In this document: in pieces, positions 1 to 40,260 of the stretch
How positions within the stretch are numbered: position 1 is the first letter of the stretch
Layout of the letters: each line of letters opens with the position of its first letter
NCBI GenBank assembly: GCA_000165345.1
Contig: CM000431.1
Location: 224,001 to 288,000, forward strand
Direction of reading: 5' to 3'
DNA: 64,000 nt
Notes under the pieces: model-generated
The model's input: only the letters and a program-made list of their open reading frames with translations
What the model was told of the DNA's origin: nothing
Databases searched by the model: none
Translations under genes and position numbers: made by a program

Positions 1-29157
<29,157 letters not shown>

Positions 29158-30388
29158 TCAAATTCTTAGATGCTTTGTAAACAAATAAATATTTAAATCA
29201 ATTCTAATTGATTGACGAGCTCATTTGCTAAGTTAGAAATATAAATGACTAGATTAGAATTACAATTAGCATAAACAACTTTCTTAAAACATTGATTCTA
29301 CTAATATTTTACAAATATTTTACAATTTATTTACTCATTCTTTTGATAGAAAAATGTTTCAAATATAGTGACCGCCTTTTGTTACATTAACTATTTTTCT
29401 AAATTGCATGTATTTAATTCCTATTTGAAGGGCTGGCGCATGTGGGCATGCATATATAAATTGTTTATAGCCTAAAGTTTATCACTAATTCCTCTTTTTT
29501 TTTTTCTTTTTTTTTTTTTTTAAATCAATTTTTGGATAGAAATGGTTTTCGTTATTGTATTTATAGTTTTTGCTCTGTTAGTTACTTTAATTGTCATAAT
29601 AATCGTTATTGTTAAGCTAACTAAGTAAATTAATAAATATTTCAATTTAAAGTTGAAGGAAAATGTAAAATTTCTAACCAAATAATTGACAAAAAGTTTC
29701 AATTAGGCGGCAACATCACAAGTTTGAATTGAATTGACCAATATTAAAAAAAGGTAACATAAATATTTAAGGAAAGAGAGGAAAAAATGAGAGAAAATAG
29801 ATGAGCAGGTAATTGGAATTTTAAAAATATAAGTTTATTATAGAAAAGAGGGAAATAGTTGTCATTTTGAAGAATTATGTACCAATATTTAAATTTCAAA
29901 AGAAATACAAGAAAAATACAGTGTGTGAAAAAAGAATGTAAGTTGAAGTAGATTGATCCGAAGTTACAGAGTCTGGAAAAAACAATTTTTCTTGGATTTG
30001 TATATTTTTAATGAAACAATTTGTGGTAATATTGAAATTTTGAAAATTAATAAACTTAAATATCAAGCGGGAATTAGAGTAATAGTAATCGTCAAAAATT
30101 AAAGTTTCCCAACGAGGGGAAAACGGAGAAAGAATATAAATCCTGCAGATAAAATAAATTGAAAGAGTACAAGTCCGGGAATTAATTGCTTCTTAAATTT
30201 GTTAGTTGAAGGTTTTTACTTGTCAAAGGTTTAGATTGTGATTTTCATTACAGATATAAGCCTATTAATTGAGCTTTAAGGGAACCTACTAGGGGAAAAG
30301 AAAGAATACGAGTATTGAGAGAGTTCATCTGTGGATTTAGAGGTTTCAGAATAGCTAAATAACTGTCAGAGTAAGTGAATAAAATATT

Positions 30389-31648
30389 ATGGATTTAAAA
30401 TTGGAATTTCTCAATAAAACTGAAAATAGAACAACAGGATGCAGTGTACAATGCATATTTGGCAAAATAATTCTGTTAATAGTGTCAATAATATTATTAT
30501 TAGGGCTTTTGGTTTGGATTTTCCAGGAGAAGCTACTGTTCTTTCCAAATATTAATGGGAAAAGAGACTTAGCATCAAACTTCCCAGGATACAGACATCC
30601 AAATGAGAATAAAATGAATTCAGAAGACGTAGTTTTAACTACGGATGATAATGTTAAATTATATTGCTGGTTTATAATACATAAGAAGTTTGACAGATAC
30701 TCTCATGGACAATCAAGTGCGATGCATTTTAGTTCTAATCTAACAGAACCTCATCATTCGGAACAAGTTAAAAAAGATGGTCCAGAGAAAAAGATTTTAG
30801 ATAGAATAAGAAAGGCTCCAAAATATATGAAATTCCATTTCCCTGAATTTTCAGATAGATATGAACAACAGGAAAAAGCTCCAACAATTGTCTTTTTTCA
30901 TGGTAATGCTGGCAATATTGGGCACAGACTACCTAGGTTCTTGGAGTTTTACAATTTGATCGGTGTTAATATATTTGCAGTTTCTTATAGAGGATATGGG
31001 GACAGTGAGGGGACCCCTTCTGAAGAAGGCTTTTATTTGGATGCTAAAGCTTCACTTGAGTACGTCCTTTCTAGGACTGATGTGGTGGACAAGAATATGA
31101 TCTTTTTATATGGACATTCCATTGGCGGCGCTGTTGCTATTGATCTCGCTTCTAAGTATAATGTTACTGGCGTTATTCTAGAAAATACCTTCACTAACAT
31201 TAAATCTGTTGCTTTCAGAGTTTATCCAATATTTAAGTATTTTGGATTCTTCTTCAAATTCATACAAAGACTTAAATTTGATTCAGTATCTAAAATCTCA
31301 CGTGTTAAATCCCCTATCTTATTTGTAGTTGGGAATGAGGATGAAATAATACCTCCCACACATTCTGTTGAATTATATATGAAGGCGGGATCGCCAAAAT
31401 CTTTAAAAAAAATTTATTTAGTATCAGGTGGCTCACACAATGACACATGGATTAAAGGCGGAATGGAGTTTTATTTGATGCTGCTACAATTTATATATAA
31501 TGCCATTGATTATAGTAAACCCGAATTAGAAGTATCTTCAAACAATTTGATAAACAAAAGTCAAGAAGAGACCTTATCTTCAATACAGGAAATTTTAAAA
31601 ACTAAAGAAAGTTCTCCTATAAATAAGCTAAGAAAAAAAACAAATTAA
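30389..31648 (+). CDS. BEM46/ABHD13-like alpha/beta hydrolase, membrane-anchored
   Basis: Single 419-aa ORF. It has an N-terminal hydrophobic anchor (ILLIVSIILLLGLLVWIF), the HGNAGNIGHR motif, the nucleophile elbow GHSIGG, then GNEDE and GGSHND as candidate Asp/His. The order matches the BEM46 family from memory. An insertion of about 70 aa (KKFDRYSH...EQQEKA) precedes HGNAGN. Confidence 0.8.
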   Translation: MDLKLEFLNKTENRTTGCSVQCIFGKIILLIVSIILLLGLLVWIFQEKLLFFPNINGKRDLASNFPGYRHPNENKMNSEDVVLTTDDNVKLYCWFIIHKKFDRYSHGQSSAMHFSSNLTEPHHSEQVKKDGPEKKILDRIRKAPKYMKFHFPEFSDRYEQQEKAPTIVFFHGNAGNIGHRLPRFLEFYNLIGVNIFAVSYRGYGDSEGTPSEEGFYLDAKASLEYVLSRTDVVDKNMIFLYGHSIGGAVAIDLASKYNVTGVILENTFTNIKSVAFRVYPIFKYFGFFFKFIQRLKFDSVSKISRVKSPILFVVGNEDEIIPPTHSVELYMKAGSPKSLKKIYLVSGGSHNDTWIKGGMEFYLMLLQFIYNAIDYSKPELEVSSNNLINKSQEETLSSIQEILKTKESSPINKLRKKTN

Positions 31649-31797
31649 ACTAATATTTTTTATAAGACTCTAATAGATTAATTAATCCGATACATTTTCT
31701 TTAAATTATTTTTTTCTTCCCTTTACTTTTTTTTTTTACATTATTTCTTCCCCTCGCATGGCGCTTCATTTTATACAAATAGTCAGAAACCTATGGA

Positions 31798-31819
31798 TGC
31801 ATGCAATAATGTGCATGCA
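31798..31819. promoter_or_regulatory. Two TGCATGCA palindromes in a convergent 3'-3' gap
   Basis: TGCATGCA occurs at 31798-31805 and 31812-31819, between the stop at 31648 (plus gene) and the stop at 31929 (minus gene). Confidence 0.35.
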
Positions 31820-31928
31820 TTCCCTATACTTGCAACATTTTATTCGTAATAAATATACAAAAGAAAGAACAAAATAAATTAATAAAATGTAAAATTTAAC
31901 AATATTAAACAATTACTTAACTTGACCC

Positions 31929-32984
31929 CTAAACTTTTTCTAGTTGTTCGTCATTTGAAATTAAGGCAACTTTTTCTGATGTTTCCGCTTTCATTATTTC
32001 ACATTTAGATTCTGAGCTGCTAATAAGATTATTATTTGGAAGAGGATCAACTAGCAAATTCTTTTCTCTGAATAGAAACCAAAGGAAAATAAGTAAAAGC
32101 GGATAAAATAATGTAAAAATAAAAATTAATAAACTTGGAGCTATCTTTATATGATTTTCATCGTTAAAATTGAAAAATGTATATAAACCATTTATACTTA
32201 TTGGTAGCAAGGAAAGAAATGAATTTGGAAAGAGATTTATGGCGCCAATTGCCAAAAGAATTCCAATAATATATGCATATAAATAAAGGCCATGCAATAA
32301 AAAGAATGGTTGATAAGTAGAGTAACAATCCCAAAAAACTAGAATACTTGCAATTGCATGTTTGGCTATTGCTAAAATTAGAGTTACACTTGTATTTGGG
32401 TGAGAAACCATCCAATATCCAATATTTACTATAAGTCCTGTAGGAAGTAGAAAACTTTGAATCATCCATGCATACCAACATGTCCAATTCAGATAACTTG
32501 CTTTTCCAATTATATCTTCAATTTCTGCAATATTTTTCCCATAAATATTGTCATCGATGCTTGAGCTCACTAAATTCTGCGCCTGGATTGAAACAATACT
32601 TAAAACAAGAAAATATCCTATTGTTGCAATACTGCACCAATTTGTAGTATAGTACCTTGCTAAGTTTTCAATCCTCCAAATTTTTATTTCTGTAAAAATA
32701 TCGTATAGTATAATTGTACAAAAAAATACCAGGCAAAATAGCCTGAATAAGAGTACTTTTGAATGATTAACATAAGGTAGCCAACTATTTGAGAAAATTA
32801 TTCTACAATCTCCTCTAGCTAATTTGAAATATAGTCTTGAGAATTGGAATTCCCATAGGAAAGATTTCCAATAGTCACTCAAACTTTCATTGAATTGTTC
32901 ATTTTCTAAAAATAAGTTATCTTTGATTAAATTATTTAAAGGTTTTGTTCCAAGAATACCCAATACATCATTATTTCCAATCAT
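31929..32984 (-). CDS. Polytopic membrane protein, family not recognised
   Basis: Single 351-aa ORF with about 7 hydrophobic helices, for example VLLFRLFCLVFFCTIILYDIF, WCSIATIGYFLVLSIVSIQA, VTLILAIAKHAIASILVFW, FFLLHGLYLYAYIIGILLAIGAINLF and LLIFIFTLFYPLLLIFLWFLF. Confidence 0.65.
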   Translation of the reverse strand: MIGNNDVLGILGTKPLNNLIKDNLFLENEQFNESLSDYWKSFLWEFQFSRLYFKLARGDCRIIFSNSWLPYVNHSKVLLFRLFCLVFFCTIILYDIFTEIKIWRIENLARYYTTNWCSIATIGYFLVLSIVSIQAQNLVSSSIDDNIYGKNIAEIEDIIGKASYLNWTCWYAWMIQSFLLPTGLIVNIGYWMVSHPNTSVTLILAIAKHAIASILVFWDCYSTYQPFFLLHGLYLYAYIIGILLAIGAINLFPNSFLSLLPISINGLYTFFNFNDENHIKIAPSLLIFIFTLFYPLLLIFLWFLFREKNLLVDPLPNNNLISSSESKCEIMKAETSEKVALISNDEQLEKV

Positions 32985-33379
32985 TACTTTTCAATTTGAT
33001 TCAATTTACGAATAATTCTATTTTTTGGAAGAGGGAGTTGTGTGATAAGGATTTTAGGGATTACACACGAATCTTTAACTTTAATTTTATATTATTTAAC
33101 TCCGGATTAAAGTTATTTTTACGATAATCATGCCATATAAAAACCAAATTAGCTTTCAATAATAAAAAAAAACTCGAATTTATGATTATTAATTTTTAGA
33201 AATTATTTAGGCCTAAAAAAAATGAAATAAAATTTATTCATTGCTCAGTCAGGCCGGAGTTAACATTACACAAAAAATTATGGCATAACACACAATAAAA
33301 TAAATTAGAAAAAAATAAAATCAGTAAAATTTATTGAAGTCAAAAAGTATAATATTTTTAGAATAATAAATTAACACTT

Positions 33380-33964
33380 TCAATAAATATCTGAACCAAA
33401 TTTATTGATCATGCTATTACTCATTATGGAAGAATGAGACGACTGAATATACATATTCAGTGTTTCATTAGCGTCAACTAACTTTTTGAGTTGGACCTTA
33501 TACTCACTAAGCTCCCTATCTTTCTGTGAACATAGCTCATTTAGTTGTGAAAGCTTATCCAACAACGACTTAACTACCTTTTGTAGGGTGGTATGGCTGT
33601 TTTGCAAGCTCTCATACTTTTTAACAAGTTGTCCGTAGCTCTGTTGCTCTTCTGCAGATTCTAAATCTTGCAATCTTCTTCCCTCCACTTCTGTTCCAGA
33701 AACAGTTCTAGTCCCTAATACATTCTCAGATCCAACTCCAGCTTCAGTAATTTCATTTCCTGTTCCCAATGAAGCTGTAGGAGCAAGAACTGAATTCTCC
33801 TTCTCACAAATATCTCCAATAAACCCCAATACTTGTCTACCATTGTAATATTCATTCAAGTTTCGCCTTTTGTCTCCAAATCCATATATGTCAAAATTAC
33901 CACCCATCAATTGCTCATGGCAAGACACCTCAACCCCTTCTGATCGCTCCTTACGCTTATTCAT
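33380..33964 (-). CDS. Hypothetical protein with C-terminal coiled coil
   Basis: 194-aa ORF. The C-terminal half has heptad-like character (LQDLESAEEQQSYGQLVKKYESLQNSHTTLQKVVKSLLDKLSQLNELCSQKDRELSEYKVQLKKLV). No family recognised. I found no convincing upstream exon. Confidence 0.55.
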   Translation of the reverse strand: MNKRKERSEGVEVSCHEQLMGGNFDIYGFGDKRRNLNEYYNGRQVLGFIGDICEKENSVLAPTASLGTGNEITEAGVGSENVLGTRTVSGTEVEGRRLQDLESAEEQQSYGQLVKKYESLQNSHTTLQKVVKSLLDKLSQLNELCSQKDRELSEYKVQLKKLVDANETLNMYIQSSHSSIMSNSMINKFGSDIY

Positions 33965-35933
33965 AATCTAACAGACGTACTTGATAGCAAGAAAATAATC
34001 TATCAGCACGTCATGACGTTTAACATGATTCTTCTTTCTTGATTCTGATGCCTTGAAGTTTATTACCACTTCCTAGTCGGACAATAATTTCTTGTTTTGA
34101 TTTGGGACTAGGCTATCAAAATCACCAAGATACTGTTAAAAATAGAAATATTTTTCAAATTTTACAGAAAATCTGAATGTATGGCTTTCTTTGGTTATTT
34201 TTTTGCTCTGTCCTCCCCCAATGTACTTACTAAAGTTGTAGTCCTTTTTTTTTTACTTTGAAACGCACTCTTTCCTTTACGAAAAAATGAATCTCTTTTC
34301 CCGCCTAAACTTAACGACAATAAGTATATTTAATATAATAAATTAAAATCAAAAAAATACATAAATATATTACAAGTAAATGAATAAATAATAAAAATGT
34401 ATATATTTATCTTTATAAATATTATTATGTAAATAAATTAGAATTAAATGAATATGGATATTTAGTAGATTGTTCAAATGGAGCATATTCACATATTTGC
34501 CAGTCTATAGGTTAAGTTTATTTGTTTGAGGAATTTAATATTTGGATTTCTTAAAATGTGATTTGGCAATGTGTGTGAATATTAACTTTAATATGTACAT
34601 CTATTTTTCGTTCATTCCAAAAACTATTTTAAATCTATTTATTTGTTTTTTTTTTGTTGAAATTTGAAATTAGTTTGAGCTACTTGGATTTGATATTTTT
34701 TAGAATAATTTACTCTTAATTCACTCCAATTGTACTGAGTTAGGTTTTCAGCTATAATTTCGTGCTTAAAGTAACAATGATTTTAGATTCGGATTGAGAG
34801 TATATACTATCTATCGAATTTTGGGTTAAGTTTATCTAAGTAGGGATACGGAGGAGATATTCTAAGAAATTTGAGTAAGTTGAATTGTAATTTGAATGTA
34901 CATTTGGTATTTGAGCATTTTGAAAAATTTGTTTATCTTAAAATTAAGACGAGTTACAACGTTGATAGAGCGTTTAGTCTTTTCGCATATTGGACTTTGT
35001 ATGAATATTTAACCTATGCATGAAAAAAGAAGTGGACAAGTTGTTTGCACACAAATACAATTTATTGAGAAATATATTGCAGATCAAACAACTATAACTT
35101 TAGAATGCTCGTTGAAATTAAAACAACATTATCAGGCAAATAAAGCAATCGTGTTAATTACTAAAAAAACAGATGAACTAGGTAAAATGAACTTGAATCT
35201 TTGTTAAAATAATTTGAATATTAAAAACACTTTTCCGCAATTATTCTATGCAAGCCGCATGCAAAATGAAAAGTGTTTGCACAGGAAATAATCTCTAGAA
35301 CGCCCGCCTAACCCTTTGATAGAAATAATTTAGAGAATCCATGCAATTATTGTGGGGAGGCGCCATTTTAGTCTTAAGTTTCGTAAATAGAAAGTGTGCA
35401 TGCAAATCTGGTAGTTTGCAAAGGTTGTGAATACATATTTAAATTTAAATATTGTATGTAACCTGTATTTATGCTTTAGAGCTGAACTGAATAGGGCTCA
35501 GTGGATAGCTATGTTGAAAAGTTCATACGGGATATCTATAAAATACAATACAAAAATACAGATATTCCAATCAAATGATTAAAATTAAGTAGTGTAGAAA
35601 AGGGTTAGAATAATATAATTAAAGCAAAATTAAGTTATGTTCCTTTCGTGGCCTTCAGTATTAATTTTCGCAAATAGTATTTGAATATTGATGCATGGGA
35701 AAGTATTTGTAAATTGTGTGCCGCCTAATCTCTGATAAAAATGTTTAACAAATAATAGCAAATAAAGTATGAAATTAGTTTATATAGAAGTTATTCTCAT
35801 TTTGATACAAGATTGGAATAAATAATTATACTGTGATGCTAATATTATAAGACTAAAAACTAAGAGTTATTATATAATTAATAGGGAAACAGTAGAGAAG
35901 TATTGCCGATTAAGAAAAAAAAAGAAGTTAAGA

Positions 35934-36685
35934 ATGGAGAACACTCAGGTAAATAGCGATTTATCGAGTAAGTTTGTAGTAAATTTCTCTCAAATTATGG
36001 AAAAGTTGCCTCGGAATTGGCTTATTGGAGGAGGATTGATAGAGAGAATATTGATATTTAAACCGAAAAATACTAATATATATTACCCTTATTATTAATT
36101 GATTGTTTAGATATTGAGAATTTTATAAGGCTTTCGTACAAACAACAATTGGAGCTTGTTACTGAACAAGAGAAGCAAAAGTTAAACTTATATGCTGATT
36201 ATATTTTGAATTGTATTCCTTTAAACATTAGAAAGTTGAAGATTAGAGAAATACTTGAAGACCAAGGCAAAAATTTAATATTATCAGGTAAGTCTATCTG
36301 TTTAACTCTCTAATAGATTTGTTATATTAACTTTAATAATCCTTCAGAGGATGAGAAAACTGAAATTTTAAAAAAGTTAAATGAAATTGTTAGTATGAAG
36401 TCATTCAAACCAGAATCAATGCCAGTGAACTCATCTTCGGAATCAAAGAATGTAGGACTATACAAGGACCATCTTAAAAAGTCTAGAGTGAAGCTCTTGC
36501 CAATTTCAAATACATGCTATACGATTATTAGAGAAAAGACTGAAGATTTTTTTCCAGGTGAATGTGATGAAAACGCTGATAATCACAACAGTAACGGACA
36601 AATCCAAGATAATATGAACAAAAATACCTTAGAAAATCAAATGTTAGATTCTAACATGATTAGAGATGTGATAAGTTCACTATAA
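35934..36685 (+). CDS. Three-exon hypothetical protein; N-terminal helix resembles the Borealin/Nbl1 N-terminal motif (tentative)
   Basis: Exons are 35934-35967, 36111-36287 and 36348-36685. Introns are 35968-36110 (GTAAGT...TTTAG) and 36288-36347 (GTAAGT...TTCAG). Phases check out (34 + 177 nt, phase 1 at both junctions), and exon 3 joins in frame to the track ORF at 36395. The spliced N-terminus is MENTQVNSDLSNIENFIRLSYKQQLELVTEQEKQKLNLYADYILNCIPLNIRKLKIREILEDQGKNLILSEDEKTEILKKLNEIVSMKSF... Confidence 0.6.
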
Positions 36686-36719
36686 AAGGAAAAAGATCTA
36701 CCATAATATTAGTGTCTAA

Positions 36720-37226
36720 TTATATATATGGATGCACTTTTTTGATATTTGAGATAACTTTACTATAAATACTATAAAATGGTTTGTCTTGAACTGAACT
36801 CTCGCTGTTGAATGAAATCATTAGTACACTAGCTGGTCTCTTAGATTTACATATAGTACCTAAAGTCTTCTTACTTCCAAGATATCCATAGTAAATATTC
36901 TTTTCCTCGCACAAAATAGGAATATGAGCAATAATATCCACTGGATGAATATCACAGGCAATTAGAACAAGCCCTGTCTGCCCTTTTCGTATGCTCTTTG
37001 TAACTTCATGTACTCCTCTGCGTATATATCTAACTTTCTTACTTCCTTTCTCTTTCCTTTCTTCCTTCTCATACTCTTGAACCTTCTTCACAAGCTTAAG
37101 ACATCTCTCTAAAAGCTTTCCTCCAAAGATTGGGTCTGCTATTGCTGATTTGTTTGTAATTGCTTCCTCTCCTTCCATTTCAATCTCGTCTTCAACATGA
37201 CTTAATTCTGTTGTATCTTCCTTCAT
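36720..37226 (-). CDS. NHP2: H/ACA snoRNP protein NHP2 (L7Ae/L30e family)
   Basis: 168-aa ORF with an acidic N-terminus followed by an L7Ae core: IRRGVHEVTKSIRKGQTGLVLIACDIHPVDIIAHIPILCEEKNIYYGYLGSKKTLG...KRPASVLMI. This aligns with NHP2 (RRGVKEV..KG.KG..V.AGD..P.....H.P..CE......Y...K..LG) from memory. Confidence 0.85.
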   Translation of the reverse strand: MKEDTTELSHVEDEIEMEGEEAITNKSAIADPIFGGKLLERCLKLVKKVQEYEKEERKEKGSKKVRYIRRGVHEVTKSIRKGQTGLVLIACDIHPVDIIAHIPILCEEKNIYYGYLGSKKTLGTICKSKRPASVLMISFNSESSVQDKPFYSIYSKVISNIKKVHPYI

Positions 37227-37394
37227 TTCTTCAACCTTTTATTCTTCCAAATTAATTGTCAAATTAACCCAATCTGTATAGTCTAAACTCTTTTATTCAC
37301 TTTTTTTTTCAAAATACTTTTCCTATTCTAAGTTTATGCAGCTTTTCCCTTTTAACTCAAATATTACAAGTCAATTCATTAATTAAAAAGTCAT

Positions 37395-37428
37395 TTTCCG
37401 CCAATCATTTGGGCGGGGCATTGGGCGG
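37395..37428. promoter_or_regulatory. TTTCCGCCAAT + GGGCGGGG + GGGCGG cluster in the NHP2/Ulp1 divergent promoter
   Basis: The sequence is tTTTCCGCCAATcatttGGGCGGGGcattGGGCGGta, between the starts at 37226 (minus) and 37918 (plus). Confidence 0.45.
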
Positions 37429-37917
37429 TACACTTCAATAGTCAAAAATAATTGTAAGAAATTTAATGTGGGAATTTAAAGTGAGATAAATGAGTAAATA
37501 AAAAAGAAATAGGAAGAAGGAAAGAGTAGGAGTAGAGATATCGATTAGATTTCATAGGAGGAGGTCTTTGAAATTTATTGAATGAAAGGTCTAATAATAA
37601 TAGGTTGAGTATTTTTTCAATATTAAAATTGTTTTTATAAGAGTTATATAAAAATATTTGCACAACAAGATTCCTTGAAAATAAAAAAAAGTCTACTTTA
37701 AGATAAAGGCAAATTTTGTCATGTATACTAGTTTTGGCTAAGTTTGAAACCATTTGGATATAAATATAATTTATTTATTATGAAATTTATGTAAGCAGAA
37801 TAGAGGCAGCCAGATACTAAATATTGATATACAAAAAGGAAAGGGAGGTTTTCATACCCACCATTTCTTTTTGTAATAAAGTCCAATTCTCTGTGAGATT
37901 GCCATTCAGACTGGAAA

Positions 37918-39036
37918 ATGAGTGTAATTTCCACAAATAGTTATCTTTTAGGCCAAAAAACTATCAATTTTAATGGTATTTCTTTGGGTCTGGATAAAGC
38001 CAAAAAACAGTTAATGAATAATAGTTACTTGGACGATCTAATTCTTGACTTCTTTATGGAATTTGCTAAAGAGTTATGTGTTGGAATTAAAGAAAATTGT
38101 TCTAAAGGCAAATATTGTGTATTCAGTAGTCTATTTTACACTATTCTAAGTATGTGTGGAGACTATCAAGATTATTTAAGGCTAAGAAAATGGGTTAAGA
38201 GGGTTTCTACTCCATTATTGCTAAATGATGCAATTGTAATTCCAATGCATTGTAACCAAACTAGTCATTGGTGGTTGATTGTTATTTGCCATCCTCGTAA
38301 AATCTTTAATTTGATGAATTCCTCTAGTCCAAGAAATAACTCAACAACAAAAATTGAGAACTCGAATAGAGGTTGGATTATATGTATGGATTCTCTAGGA
38401 GGAAAGAATATTGGTCAGAATGAAAAGAAAAAAGCTATAATAAATATTTTGAAGTTTTTAGATATAGAAAGACAAAATAATGATAGCTATTTTAATCTTC
38501 TAGAGGCTGGAAACATACCTACAATGGTTTATGATTCTGTAAATACTAAAGCTCATAATACTAACACTTCAGCTACTCATGATAAATTATCTGAAACTTT
38601 TAGATCCTTGAGTAACTGGGAGATTATATATAATCCAAGGAACCTTCCTTTTCAGGAAAATAACTTTGACTGCGGAATATATATCATTGAATATGCTCAC
38701 TTGCTTTTCCACTATGGAACCACTATTTTTAACTCTATGATTAATACTAGTTCAAGCTCTGATATTTCGTATACAACTCATTTGGATCAAAACAAATTCT
38801 CGAGAAACTGGTTTCAAAATAGAAGAACTGTTTACACCAAAGTTTTGGAATTTATGAGTAATAATGAGAGTTGGAATGAGGACAATTTTCTGAGAAATAA
38901 GTTAGTGGAGATTTTTGATGACAGTATCAAGGCTTCAAATCATAATGAAAAACCTTCTCAAGAGAATATTTCATCATTACAATCCAGAAGAAGATTTGTA
39001 ATGTCATCCTTAAACAAAAGCTATTTCAATAAGTAG
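37918..39036 (+). CDS. Ulp1/SENP-type cysteine protease (peptidase C48)
   Basis: 372-aa ORF with the catalytic motifs in the correct order: His in TSHWWLIVICHP, Asp in WIICMDSLGG, and Gln/Cys in FQENNFDCGIYIIEYA. Confidence 0.85.
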   Translation: MSVISTNSYLLGQKTINFNGISLGLDKAKKQLMNNSYLDDLILDFFMEFAKELCVGIKENCSKGKYCVFSSLFYTILSMCGDYQDYLRLRKWVKRVSTPLLLNDAIVIPMHCNQTSHWWLIVICHPRKIFNLMNSSSPRNNSTTKIENSNRGWIICMDSLGGKNIGQNEKKKAIINILKFLDIERQNNDSYFNLLEAGNIPTMVYDSVNTKAHNTNTSATHDKLSETFRSLSNWEIIYNPRNLPFQENNFDCGIYIIEYAHLLFHYGTTIFNSMINTSSSSDISYTTHLDQNKFSRNWFQNRRTVYTKVLEFMSNNESWNEDNFLRNKLVEIFDDSIKASNHNEKPSQENISSLQSRRRFVMSSLNKSYFNK

Positions 39037-39090
39037 ATACCAATTAAATAACAGTTTTTTTTTAAACTTAATTATGAACGTCAAAGCATT

Positions 39091-39104
39091 GCATGCATGC
39101 ATGC
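39091..39104. promoter_or_regulatory. GCATGCATGCATGC in a convergent 3'-3' gap
   Basis: Lies between the Ulp1 stop (39036) and the RRP40 stop (39219). Confidence 0.35.
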
Positions 39105-39218
39105 GTTTGTTTTGGTAAACTACTTATTTCAGGAAAATATAATCAAATTCAATATAGCCAATTTATTAATATGCAACTATAAGGAAGCAAATGATAACAG
39201 GTCTAATAAAGCAAAAAG

Positions 39219-40260
39219 CTAAGATTGCGATTGAATCTTACTCCAGAAACTTTCTAAAATAACTTCAAGCTAGAAATTTCAAGGTAAATATAAGTTATTT
39301 GAGCCCGCCAAAAAAAATTATTTAAGCTTACCTGTGGTTTTGTACAGTTTGGGATGACTTTTAAAGCACTCATAATAAGAAGCATTTCTTTGATGTTTGA
39401 TGCTGAAAACCAAATGATTCCATTTTGACCAACACAAATTTCATATGCAAAGTACTTGGAAAGAGCCTCGAGAACATAACTTTGGTCAGCAAGAAGTATT
39501 TGTGCAACAGACTGAGGCACAGTAACTGTCATGCCGTCTTTAATGCATGACTGGCTTTCTCCAGGCAATGAAGATCTATCAGATTTGGAGTAATCTTCAA
39601 TGATATTGGTATTTTTGTAGTTGGAGTTCTTTAAAACTCCTAAATAATTTTCATTATTCGACCATGTTTTCTTCTCCTCTGGTGTGATACATGTAAGTTC
39701 AATTTCCCCGCTTTCAAGGTCTACGTAGTTTATTCTTGAACATACATAATTACCTGGAACAAGATTTGGCTTATTTCTTTTAGTTGCTCCCTCAAATGCC
39801 ATATCAGGAAGGATTCCATCATGCGAGCAGTTGAGCGAAACCTTTGAAATATACAGAGTTGAGTTAATTTCCTTAAGATTAAAATCTTTTCAAGTACAAC
39901 TTACCTTATAGAATTCTCCAAGCTTGTTAATTATCGTTCCTACTACAACGTCTCCTTTTCTTGGAATGTACTAAAATTTCAAATGAAAAGAGAAAATAGA
40001 AAATAAACTTCAAACTTACACATCCTTTAAAAGGCAAAACAATTCTATCATAAGGCCAATATGGTCTCTTGCACTCAACCCCAGCTATCTTGTCTATAAT
40101 AGGATTAATCAATCAAATATTTAATAAGTTGATAAACATGTGAATATATATACTCGCATATTTAAAACTTACTTTTCTTTGATTCTTGAGAATTTATGGA
40201 TATCTCTTCTCCTGGAAGAACAATTCTGAAATCATCTGAAATTTTGTCATTAATATTCAT
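39219..40260 (-). CDS. RRP40: Exosome complex component RRP40 (EXOSC3), 5 exons
   Basis: Exons on the minus strand are 40260-40173, 40093-40020, 39970-39905, 39841-39332 and 39269-39219. Introns are 79, 49, 63 and 62 nt, with donors GTAAGT x3 and GTAAGC and acceptors TAG, TAG, AAG and TAG. Phases sum to 789 nt, giving 262 aa. The spliced protein is MNINDKISDDFRIVLPGEE...FKGC/YIPRKGDVVVGTIINKLGEFYK/VSLNCSHDGILPDMAFEGATKRNKPNLVPGNYV...ICVGQNGIIWF... The S1 motif (YIP..GD.V.G) and the motifs AFEGATKRN.PN and G.NG.IW match RRP40 from memory. The last intron is the least certain; the read-through alternative ends at 39254. Confidence 0.8.

Noticed and set aside
29492-29521. Long poly-T tracts in gaps (29492-29521, 57105-57122 as poly-A, 63773-63789), considered as repeats of interest
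   Set aside because: These are ordinary homopolymer runs in AT-rich intergenic or UTR sequence. They show no associated structure.
33965-34110. A possible upstream exon for the coiled-coil gene, via GTACGT...TAG just 5' of its ATG
   Set aside because: The implied intron would be only about 13 nt. No open frame continues upstream.
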